Source of the DNA: the human T2T-CHM13v2.0 reference genome, Homo sapiens
NCBI RefSeq assembly: GCF_009914755.1
Contig: NC_060947.1
Direction: 5' to 3' (one strand)
DNA length: 64,000 nucleotides
In this document: piece after piece, positions 17,821 through 33,938 of the stretch
How positions within the stretch are numbered: the first letter of the stretch is position 1
Layout of the letters: each line of letters begins with the position of its first letter
The notes under the pieces: model-generated
Database searches by the model: none
Seen by the model: the letters and a program-made list of their open reading frames with translations, nothing else
Told to the model about the DNA's origin: nothing
Made by a program: the position numbers and the translations under genes

Positions 17821-20424
17821 ATGTATAACTTGGCTACTCAAAATGTAACCACTAATATCTGGAAACCTTGTTAACAACATAGTTGATTAACACATATTTT
17901 GTACATTATGTGTGTTACATTCTGTCTTCTTACAATAAAGTTAAAGAAAATATCATTCAAAAATCATAAGGAAAAGAAATATATTTATTTATCATTAAAT
18001 GGAAATGGATCATCATAAACGTCTTCATCCTTGTCTTCATGTTGAGTAGGCTGAGGAGGAGGAAAAGGGAAGGGCTGGTCTTGCCATCTTAGGGGTTGCA
18101 GAATTGAAGGATGTGAAGGTGGAAGGGGAGGCAGGAGAAGCAGGAACACTCAGTGTAACTTTTATTGAAAAAAAATCTCCTCCTCCTCAGCTTCAAATCT
18201 TAAAAATGCAAGGGCAGGATCAAGATCGGTTCCCTTTGACTCAGAGTGAATGCAAATCTGTGGAGCTTCTAAAACCTACAGACCATATGTACTGACACTA
18301 AATAATTTTAAACTGATTTAGGGGACTGCATGTTATATAGTTTTCTGGAAACAAAGCTATGAGACTGAAACTGACAGCTCAAATATAATAGTTGCATTTG
18401 ATTGAAAAATAAAACTAAAATTTGCTGTTAATGGAATATCTAGCCCCTGAAGAGTATTGAGTCAAATTTAAATAACTAGAAGGGTCCACCACATCGTAAT
18501 TGTTTGAGGGTTCATATGACAGACATGGAAATGGTTCTGTTTGGTTTCTATTTTGACATACAATAGATCTTCTTGGATGGGTTTTGCTGACAACCTGTGG
18601 TTACAAAAACGTCTCCTGGGTGGTCTGAGACTTCATTCCATGTTTATAGATTATTTATATTAATTTATTTCTATTAGGCTCAAATACTATAATTGGCATC
18701 TCATCGTAAAAAGCACTAGTTTCTCCCTCTGGTTAGGCATCCCATCTGATCCCAGACAGAATAAAAAGTGGGCAAGTTGTAGGGGAACATGGAATGAGGA
18801 CAAAAATGATTTTGAGAAAAATCAAAGATTGGGAATAGAGTCTCAATTGAATAACCTACTGGTAGTCTTGGAAAATAGATAGAACTGATGAGTATGAAGA
18901 ACATTGCAAAACGTACAAAATATTTTCAGTGTTCAAATACCTAAAAGCTCTCACTTTTATATAAAATGCTGGCAGTGGGGTTGTGTTGCCTATGCTATTT
19001 TAAGAAATGGGTTCTAACTACACTTTGTTTTAATGTAATTGTTGTTTTGCAAGTTCCGCTGAGTAAGACCTACTGCATAGAAGATGTCACTTTAGGCAGG
19101 AGTTACATTAAATTTGGTAACCAAGACAGAATACCTAGCTGTTGGGTGATGATTCTTTTTAGGTTTATCTGTATGTTTATCTCTCTCCCTTCCCCTACCC
19201 CATTCCTTACTTCCCAACTCTGGAGGGGGATTCTTGAAGTGGTTTTCAGATCTGTCTTGGTTTAACACAGTGGGTAAAAGGGAGGTTGGAATAAGCTGAA
19301 CACTGCAAGTTACTGGTGGTGGGAGACGGGCTATAGCTGAAGGGAGGTGTGATGACTCTGAATGGGAAGCAGGCTGAACCTCATTGGCTCAGAAATGAAA
19401 GGCTTTCTGTTTCAAAACACTTATACCAACATTTTCCTTTCTGTCCTCACTCCCAGAATTCAATCTCTTCCTTGCTTCTCCCTAATACTTCAGGGAGACA
19501 ATTGCCTTTGTTCTGGTCCCAGAACATATCTTCATCAGTTTCCCTAGTCATCCTGCCTACTTACCACATCTCACCCTTGTTGCCTATTAATTTTAACCAC
19601 TTTATATCCAAAATTATACTTGATTTACTGAGTAACAGTTCCTTGAAACAAAACCTACTACAGTAGTACCAACTGTGATAGTGACTAAACTCAAATGTGT
19701 CCTAAGAGCAGCTACTGACATTTTGACTGACAAATATGATTGTTATAAGGGATGGAGAAGTGTATTTTGTCAGTTACATATATGCCTGGACTTACTAGCC
19801 CCATGAAAATGTGTTTTTGATAGGTGTCTCAGAGTTGTGAAATTCAAGTACCAACTTGAATTTAAAAAATACCAATGTGGCTTGTGGGAACTCTCAGTAA
19901 GTCTGTACACTCAAATAATCAATGCTTTGATGGTGGGTAGTCTTCCCTTTGTTATCATGCTCCCCTTTCTCCGTCGACACATATTTTAAGTGACATTTAT
20001 TAAATATTATTCTTCATCATGAAGGAGGCAAATTAGGGCAGAGTATAACAAATAGCATCAGGAATATTACAGTGAACTTTGCTTTAAAGCTAAGACAGAC
20101 AAGGCAATAGAGTTCTAAAAGGAATGCCAAAACTCTCCCTTCCCAGAATCTTCTTTGAAATGTTATCTGAGTTAATGCCCCATCTCTTTAAATATGGCCT
20201 GGAAGTGGTGTCAGGAGGGTGCTTTAAGAATTTTAGACTTCGGTTAAGCTGGGCAGATTGGTTGGAACTGGTGAATTGGAAAGGAATACCAATTTGGCAA
20301 GTTTATGTTTCAGCATGCCACACAAAGTTAAAAACTGCACTTTGTTTTAATTTAATTGTTGTTTTGCAAGTTCCGCTGAGTAAGACCTACTGCATAGAAG
20401 ATGTTACCATGTAGTCATCAGTCT

Positions 20425-20700
20425 CTAGGCTGGTTGTTCTTAACTGAGGGTATTTAGGAAACTTTAAAACTCAGGTAAAATACCTGCAGAGACACACACA
20501 CGCGCACACACACATACACACGTGTGCGCGCACATACACACATGCACATGAATACACATACAGAGACCCTTTCCATCTCCTTTCCACCTACGCTGGAGGC
20601 TTGGATTCAGTAGATCTGAAGTGGAGCCTGAGCATCTGCATTTTAAATGCTCCATAGTACATTCCAATGTACAGCCAAGACTGAAAAACCCCTGGCTCAG
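20425..20700. mobile_element. MER5A-like hAT-Charlie element with CA/CG microsatellite
   Basis: 'gattcagtagatctgaagtggagcctgagcatctgcattttaa...tacagccaagactgaaaaacc'. Confidence 0.65.
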
Positions 20701-20744
20701 ACACTTCAATTTGGTCTGGAGTTTGATGTCCTGTAGGTGCTTTA

Positions 20745-20900
20745 TTGTGCAACAAACTTATTTAACAAGTACTATTTGTCAGGCACTGTTCCAAGCATTC
20801 TATAATAGCTACTCATTTAATTCTCATACCAACCCTATGAGGTAGGTATTATCATCATCCCTATTTTGCAGATCAAGCGAAAGAGAGATACAGATAATCT
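20745..20900 (-). mobile_element. MIR SINE
   Basis: 'ctcatttaattctcataccaaccctatgaggtaggtattatcatcatccctattttgcagat'. Confidence 0.75.
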
Positions 20901-21609
20901 TCTATCTTAAGTAAAAAGACATAAAAACTATGTCCCATTGAAGCATACTATTAAGTTAATTGTATATTAAAGTGCTGTGAACATTGTGAAATAAGTACAT
21001 ATGATTAACTGAGGGTATTTAGGAAACTTTAAAACTCAGGCAAAATACCTGCAGAGACACACACGCGTGCACACACACGCGCGCATGCATGCACACACAC
21101 ACATACACGCATGCACATGAATACACATACAGAGACCCTTTCCATCTCCTTTCCACCTACGCTGGAGGCTTGTGGCATTAACCAGAGTGAAAGAAGACAC
21201 CTTGGTCTGGTTTATGAATACTGAGGAATACATGAATCATCTTTACTCTCGATATCTTTGAAAACAAGATGAATAGCTAAAGAGTAGGCTCTCCAGTAAA
21301 ACTTCACTCTAGAAGATGAGAAAGGAGCAATAAGACACAAGTCAAACATATTATAACATGTGAATGTTTATTAATATCATTAAAATATATGATTGGGTCT
21401 TCCTTTTTTGCCTTTTTATAAATTAAGAAAAACCCTGGTCTACTTGATGACCTTAAAATGGACTCCAGGAATAATAATGATATGATCTATTACTAGCAAA
21501 TTCAGCAACCAAAACTTCAGAAAACTAGTCCATAAGTTCAGTATTCTGTGTTTATTAATCCATAGTGATGTGTCAACCTTTACAACACAGTCTTTTATTA
21601 GTAAAGTTA

Positions 21610-21780
21610 AATCAGACAGAACTATAGATACAAAAACACCTAGGTTCCAGTCTCAGCCTTGAGACTAATGTGTTCTACGTTCTTTCCCCTCTCAAAGCCT
21701 TAGTTTCTTCATCTGTAAAATGGATGCGTTTGCCCTAGATAATCTCTCCAAGGTCTCTACCAGTATAAAAAGTCTATAAA
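21610..21780 (+). mobile_element. MIR3/MIRc SINE
   Basis: 'gccttagtttcttcatctgtaaaatgg...ctagataatctct'. Confidence 0.6.
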
Positions 21781-23720
21781 TATGTTAAGAACTATTGTGA
21801 CAGGAAGCTCATGGCTTTTGTTTCTTCGATGTAATAATTTGTTCCTGCCTATCTCCTGGGATCTCTGAGTGAGCATTGGTTAGAAAGAATGTTGAGCTCT
21901 CTGGTGGACAGCTGACTTCTCTTACCCAGCAGAAATGAATCTGTCAACTTTCATTAGGCATTGTCGGGTAGCATCATGCTCAGTGATAGATTGTACCAGA
22001 AGTAGTGTTAGGTTGACATCCAATTATACCAAGGTTCTAAAAAGGTAGTCTATTTCACTCTTCTTAAAATTCCTGAGAATTTGGGATGCTGCAAAACACG
22101 TAAAATGGTTGATAGGAAGCAAAAAATTGTTTGCCATGCATTTTAATACTTTCATTTTGAGGCTATTGAAGCTGTATATGGTCGTATTATCAATAGAAGT
22201 GCCTTAAAAAATTGTCAAGGTTAGAAGAACAGGTTTCTGGAACACCTCACAGTTGTGATCACAACTGAGCCTTGTGCTTTTAGCCAAATTGCTCCCTGGC
22301 CTGTTCCCCAAGATGGCACAATGTCAGGAGAGCTTCCTCCTAAGGAAAATGGCCCAAGAAAGAAAAAAGATAGGGGTGGTGGTTAGGAAGTGAAGGAGGC
22401 TTCTCCTGATTTCCCTGACCTTTTAAACAGCCATACCATCTGGAAACAGAGTGGGCAGCACATCACACAGAGTGGGCAACCACAGAGTGGGCAGTGGCAA
22501 ATCAGAGTCATCTGGACTACATGAATAATTATGTGGACATTTAAATTCCCACCCAATAAAATCCACTTTACATTTATAATAATTTTAAAATATTAAGTGA
22601 ATAAAAATATTAATTTTTCCAAACTCTGCAAGCCTTCATTTGGATTTGGCTGTATAAATCTGGCCTGAAGATAATTTCTTTCTATTTACCAACATAGAAA
22701 GGAATTCAAATTATGTTGTTAAATGAAACAAGCAAGTTTTATAACACAGTTTTAGTTTGATTCTACGAAAACAATGTAGTATATTTTAGAAAAAGAAATG
22801 GGAACATTATGTTGTATGGAGCAAGGGCTGGGAATTCTAGAAATTCTAGATAACTTTATCTTTGTTATATATTTCTATATTTCATTTTTATACAACAAAA
22901 ACATTTTAGCTTTACATCAGATTAAAACAAAATAAAGTCTTGTTTTAGAAAAAAAAGTAAGGGATATTTGAGGGCTTTGGGGGTAATAATTATTTTCTTC
23001 CAACAGGAGTTGAATTATCAGAACCTTTTCATTATCAACTTTTGTCCTTAAACTAAAAGTTAAAATCTATTATTCTCATTGGGATTGATTTTCTGTTTCT
23101 TGCTTTACCTCAACAACCCTTTTGGCGAAGATCCATTGAATAATTCAAGAATTCTTTCTAAGGTATAAAACAAGTCAAGATGGCTAGCCCCAGCTCCTTG
23201 GTCCCTTGCCTGGGTGAGAAAGATCTCAGCACAGCTTCTTTTGCTGGGCATAGAATGGCTTTTGATTTTCTTGATGTGGCTGTTACCTGATATTTCAAGA
23301 GTTGCTCTGAATATGCCTTGGTAATCTCTTGGTCTAGGCAGGCCAGGCTGAAGAGACTATTTTGCTCATTGTAGAATAGTATCTCATAAGGCTCCTTATT
23401 ATCTGGGCAAAACCAAAAATCTGCTACTCTGCCTCTGGCCCCAGCAGAGCCTTTTCTAATTAATACTTTATTTGGCAGCAGATGTTTTCTGTGTGCCATA
23501 CACTGAGGCAACAGCTAAGCAGAATCCCTTAAGTGAAGATATTCCACTAGGAAGGGCACCTTCCCCCAACCCTTCAGGCTTCTCTAGTTTGCTCAGGAAG
23601 GTCTTCCTTATTGTCATATCTTAAGGCAGTCTATTTTTCTTTTCATAATTGGCTTACTCTCTAAATAGTTACTGTGTTTTCTCAAATTTCTAAAGCCATA
23701 AAGAGTATGTTCACCTTTTA

Positions 23721-24045
<325 letters not shown>

Positions 24046-26599
24046 TTAAACAATATAAAAGTATACAGAACAAAACATGAAAATCCCCCTTTGTTTCCTT
24101 CCCCATCTTCAATGGTCTGATATACATCTTTCCAGTTCCCTTTCTATGCATTTACATACACATGTATACATAAATATATATGATGTTTCTTTGCATCCAC
24201 TAAAATTTTCTGCAAGGTTGAAAGTGTTCTAAATCTGTGCTATGCAATATGGTAGCTACATGGGACAGCTGAGCACTTGAAATGTGACTAGTGTCACTGA
24301 GGGACTAAATTTTTAATTTTAAGTAATTCAAATTTGTTTAAATTTAAGTTTTTAATTGGCAACCCAATGGGAAAGAAGAAATGAAATTTTCTCTGTAGAC
24401 AACAAGATCATATACATAGAAAACCCCTAAAGACTCCATGAAAAACTGTTAAAATGAAAATGGTAAAAGTGCAGGATACAAAATCAACACAGAAAAATCA
24501 GTAGCATTTGTCTATACAAACAATAAACTATCTGAAAAAGATAAAGAAAATAATCCCATTTAAAATAAAATAGAAAAAATACTTATGAATAAATTTAACC
24601 AAAGAAGTAAAATATCTTTATACCACAAACTATCAAAATTGAAATAAAAAAATGAAAAATACAAATACATGGGAGGATATGTTCATGGAGTTGAAAAATT
24701 AATATTGTCAAAATAGCCATAGTACCCAAAGAAATCCACAGATTCAACGCAATTCCTATCAAAATTCCAAGGCCATTTTTCACAGAAATATACAAAAAAA
24801 AATCCTAAAATTCATATGAAATCACAAAAGATCCCAAAGAGCCAAAACAATCTTGAGCAAAAAGAACAAAACCAGAAGCATCATTCTATCTGATCTGAAA
24901 ATTTACCACACAGCTATAGTAACCAAAATAGCATGGTAGCAGCATAAGAACACTTATACAGACCAATGGAACAGATTAGAGAGCCAAAAAATAAATTAAT
25001 ATATTTATGGCCAACTGATGTTTGACACAGGTGCTAGTAATATACAATGGGGAAAGGACTAGTCTCTTCCATACGTGGTGTTAGGAAAACTGGATATCCA
25101 CATGCAGAAGAGTGAAATTAGACTCTCACATCATATATGAAAATCAACTCAAAATGTATCAAAGACTTAAATATAAGACCTAAAATTGTAAAGATACTGG
25201 AAGAAAACACAGGGGAAAAGCTTCTTGACATTGGTCTGAGCAAAGATTGTTTTGGAGATGACTTCAAAAACACAGGCAACTGATATAGTTTGGATCTGTG
25301 TCCCCATCCAAATCTCATCTTGAATTGTAGTTCCCATTATGCCCATATGTCAAGGGAGGGACTGGGTGGGAGGTGATTGGATCACAGGGGAGTTTCCCCT
25401 AAGCTGTTCTCATAAAAATGAGGGAGTTCTCATGAGATCTGATGGTTTTATAAGTGACAGTTCCTCCTACACACACTCTTTTCGCCTGCTGCCATGTAAT
25501 GCATGCCTGCTTCCCTTTCTGCCATGATTGTAAGTTTCCTGAGGCCTTCCCATCCGCAGAACCATTAGTCAATTAAACCTCTTTCCTTTATAAACTACCC
25601 AGTCTTGGGTACTATCTTTATAACAATGTGACATCAGGCTAAAATAGGAAATTAGTACCACAAAGAATGGGGTACTGCTATAAAGATACCAAAAAATGTG
25701 GAAGCGACTTTGGAACTGGGTGACAGGCAGAGTTGGAACAGTTTGGAGGGCTCAGAAGAAGACAGGAAGATGTGGGAAAGTTTGCAACTTTCTAGAGATT
25801 TGCTGAATGGTTTTGTCCAAAATTTTGATAGTGATGTGGACAATGAAATCCAGGCTGAGGTGGTCTCAGACGGAAATGAGGAACTTATTGGGAATTGGAG
25901 AAAAGATCACTCTTATTCTTTTTTTTTTAAATTATTACTATACTTTAAGTTCTGTGGTATATGTAGAGGACGTGCAGTATTGTTACATAGGTATACACGT
26001 GGCATGGTGCTTTGCTGCACCCATCAACCAGTCATCTACATTAGGAATTTTTCCTAATGCTATCCCTCCCCTAGCTCCTCACTCCCCAACAGGCCCTGGT
26101 GTGTGATGTTCCCATCTCTGAACACATGGAACAATGAATCCATGTGTTCTCATTGTTCAGCTCCTACTTATGAGTGAGAACATGTGATGTTTGGTTTTCT
26201 GTTCTTGTTGTTTGCTGAGAATGATGGTTTCCAGCTTCATCCATGTCCCTGCAAAGGTGATGAACTCATCCTTTTTTATGGCTGCATAGTATTCCATGGT
26301 GTATATGTGCCACATTTTCTTTTTTTTTCTTTTTTTTATTATTATGCTTTAAGTTTTAGGATATATGTGCACAATATTCAGGTTTGTTACATATGTATAC
26401 ATGTGCCATGTTGGTGTGCTGTACCCATTAACTCATCATTTAGCATTAGGTATATCTCCTAATGCTATCCCTCCCCCCTCCCCCCACCCCACAACAGGCC
26501 CCAGTGTGTGATGTTCCCCTTCCTGTGTCCATGTGTTCTCATTGTTCAATTCCCGCCTATGAGTGAGAACATGCGGTGTTTGGTTTTTTGTCCTTGCGA

Positions 26600-30379
<3,780 letters not shown>

Positions 30380-30427
30380 TTATTTTGCTCGTTAGTTGAT
30401 GCAGTTTCCTCCTAGCCTTGATGGTCT

Positions 30428-31433
30428 TTACAATTTGTCATGTTTTTGCAGTAGCTGGTACCGGTTGTTCCTTTCCATGTTTATTGCTTCCTTCAGGAGC
30501 TCTTTTAGGGCAGGCCTGGTGGTGCCAAAATCTCTCAGCATTTGCTTGTCTGTAAAGTATTTTATTTCTCCTTCACTTATGAAGCTTAGTTTGGCTGGAT
30601 ATGACATTCTGGGTTGAAAATTCTTTTCTTTAAGAATGTTGAATATTGGCCCCCACTCTCTTCTGGCTTGTAGAGTTTCTGCAGAGAGGTCAGCTGTTAG
30701 TCTGATGGGCTTCCCTTTGTGGGTAACCAGACCTTTCTCTCTGGCTGCCCTTAACATTTTTTCCTTCATTTCAACTTTGGTGAATCTGACAATTATGTGT
30801 CTTGGAGTTGCTCTTCTCGAGGAGTATCTTTGTGGCGTTCTCTGTATTTCCTGAATTTGAATGTTGGCCTGCCTTGCTAGATTGGGGAAATTCTCCTGGA
30901 TAATATCCTGCAGAGTTTTTTCCAACTTGGTTCCATTCTCTCTGTCACTTTCAGGTACACCAATTAGACATAGATTTGGTCGTTTCACATAGTCCCATAT
31001 TTCTTGGAGGCGTTGTTCATTTCTTTTTATTCTTTTTTTGTCTAAACTTCTCTTCATGCTTAATTTCATTTGTCTTCCATCACTGATACCCTTTCTTCCA
31101 GTTGATTGCATCAGTTACTGAGGCTTGTGCATTCATCGTGTAGTTCTCGTGCCATGGTTTTCAGCTCCATCAGGTCCTTTAAGGACTTCTCTGCATTGGT
31201 TATTCCAGTTATGCATTCATCTAATTTTTTTCGAAGTTTTTAACTTCTTTGCCATTGATTTGAACTTCCTCCTTTAGCTTGGAGTAGTTTGATCTTCTGG
31301 AGCCTTCCTCTCTCAACTCGTCATTCTCCGTCCAGCTTTGTTCCGTTGCTGGTGAGGAGCTGCGTTCCTTTGGAGGAGGAGAGGCACTCTGATTTTTAGA
31401 GTTTCCAGTTTTTCTGCTCTGTTTTTTCCCCAT
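30428..31433 (-). pseudogene. L1 ORF1, frameshifted
   Basis: MGKKQSRKTGNSKNQSASPPPKERSSSP start (70 aa) and C-terminal ...YPAKLSF...RPALKELLKEA piece. Confidence 0.95.
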
Positions 31434-32008
31434 CTTTGTGGCTTTATCTACCTTTGATCTTTGATGATGGTGACGTATAGATGGGTTTTTGGTGTGGATG
31501 TCCTTTTTGTTTGTCAGTTTTCCTTCTAACAGTCAGGACCCTTAGCTGCAGGTGTGTTGGAGTTTACTGGAGGTCCACTCCAGACCCTGTTTGCCTGGGT
31601 ATCAGCAGTGGTGGCTGCAGAACAGCGGGTATTGGTGAACTGCAAATGCTGCTGCCTGATCGTTCTTCTGGAAGTTTTGTCTCAGAGGAGTACCCGGCCG
31701 TGTGAGGTGTCAGTCCGCCCCTACTTGGGGGTGCCTCCCAGTTAGGCTACTCGGGGGTCAGGGACCCACTTGAGGAGGCAGTCTGCCCGTTCTCAGATCT
31801 CCAGCTGCATGCTGGGAGAACCACTACTCTCTTCAAAGCTGTCAGACAGGGACATTTAAGACTGCAGACGTTATTGCTGTCTTTTGTTTGTCTGTGCCCT
31901 GCCCCCAGAGGTGGAGCCTACAGAGGCAGGCAGGCCTCCTTGAGCTGTGGTGGGCTCCACCCAGTTCGAGCTTCCTGGCCGCTTTGTTTACCTACTCAAG
32001 CCTGAGCA

Positions 32009-32479
32009 ATGGCGGTCGCCCCTCCCCCAGCCTCGCTGCCACCTTGCAGTTTGATCTCAGACTGCTGTGCTAGCAATGAGCGAGGCTCCATGGGCATAGG
32101 ACCCTCCAAGCCAGGTGCGGGATATAATCTCCTGGTGTGCCGTTTGTTAAGCCCGTTGGAAGGGCGCAGTATTAGGGTGGGAGTGACCCGATTTTCCAGG
32201 TGCCCTCTGTCACCCCTTTCTTTGACTAGGAAAGGGAATTCCCTGACCCCTTGTGCTTCCTGGGTGAGGCGATGCCTCGCCCTGCTTCGGCTCACACACA
32301 GTGCACTGCATCCACTATCCTGCACCCACTGTCCAGCACTCCCCAGTGAGATGAACGCGGTACCTCAGTTGGAAATGCAGAAATCACCCGTCTTCTGCAT
32401 CTCTCACGCTGGGAGCTGTAGACTGGAGCTCGCCAAATTTTCTTTATCCAGTCATGCTGGAGAGGTTGTAGAGAAATAG
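32009..32479 (+). CDS. L1 antisense ORF0, open and extended to 156 aa
   Basis: MAVAPPPASLPPCSLISDCCASN...GVTRFSRC matches primate ORF0; context gcaATGG; expression unknown. Confidence 0.6.
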   Translation: MAVAPPPASLPPCSLISDCCASNERGSMGIGPSKPGAGYNLLVCRLLSPLEGRSIRVGVTRFSRCPLSPLSLTRKGNSLTPCASWVRRCLALLRLTHSALHPLSCTHCPALPSEMNAVPQLEMQKSPVFCISHAGSCRLELAKFSLSSHAGEVVEK

Positions 32480-33848
32480 GAATGCTTTTATACTGTTGGT
32501 GGGAGTGTAAATTAGTTCAACCATTGTGGAAGACAGTGTGGAGATTCCTCAAGGATCTAGAACTAGAAATACCATTTGACCTAGCAATCCTATTACTGGG
32601 AATATACCCAAAGTATTATAAATCATTCTACTATAAAGACAGAGAGACACATATGTTTATGGCTGCACTATTCACAACAGCAAAGACTTGGAACCAACCC
32701 AAATGCCCATCAATGATAGACTGGCCACGTTTTCTTTATCCAGTTCTTGTGATGGTTTGCTGAGAATGATGGTTTCCAGCTTCATCCATGTCCCTACAAA
32801 GGACATGAACTCATCCTTTTTTATGGCTGCATAGTATTCCATGGTGTATATGTGCCACATTTTCTTAATCCAGTCTATCACTGATGGGCATTTGGGTTGG
32901 TTCCAAGTCTTTGCTATTGTGAATAGTGCTGCAATAAACATATGTGTCCATGTGTCTTTATAGTAGAATGATTTATAATACTTTGGGTATATTCCCAGTA
33001 ATAGGATTGCTGGGTCAAATGGTATTTCTGGTTCTAGATCCTTGAGGAATCACCACACTGTCTTCCACAATGGTTGAACTAATTTACACTCCCACCAACA
33101 GTATAAAAGCATTCCTATTTCTCCACATCCTCTCCAGCATCTGTTGTTTCCTGACTTTTTAATAATCACCATTCTAAATGGTATGAGATGGTATCTCATT
33201 GTGGTTTGGATTTACATTTCTCTAATGACCAGTGATGATGAGCTTTTATTCAGGTTGGTTGGCCACATAAATATCATCTTTTGAGAAGTGTCTGTTCATA
33301 TCCTTCACCTGATCTTTGATGGCGTTGTTTTATTTTTCTTTTAAATTTGTTTAACTTTATAGATTCTGGATATTAGCCCTTTGTAGATTCCGGATATTAG
33401 CCCTTTGTCAGATGGACAGATTGCAAAAATTTTCTACCATTCTGTAGGTTGCCTGTTCACTCTGATGATAGTTTCTTTTGCTGTGCAGAAGCTCTTTAGT
33501 TTAAATATATCCCATTTGTCTATTTTGGCTTTTGTTGCCATTGAATTTGGTCTTTTAGTCATAAAGTCTTTGCCCATGCCAATGTCCTGAATGTTATTGC
33601 CTAGGTTTTCTTCTAGGGTATTTATGGTTTTAGGACTTATGTTTAATTCTTTAATCCATATGAGTTAATTTTTGTATAAGGGGTAAGAAAAGAGTCCAAT
33701 GTTGGTTTTCTGCATATGGCTAGCCAGTTTTCCCAACACCATTTATTAAATAAGGAATCCTTTCCCCATTGCTTGTTTTTGTCAGGTTTGTCAAAGATCA
33801 GATGGTTGCAGATATGTGGTGTTATTTCTGAGGCCTCTGTTCTGTTCA

Positions 33849-33938
<90 letters not shown>

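Noticed and set aside
33360-33407. Short tandem duplications (also about 12404-12424, 39478-39507, 41687-41720, 45203-45234)
   Set aside because: Ordinary two-copy slippage; no repeat-spacer organisation, not CRISPR-like
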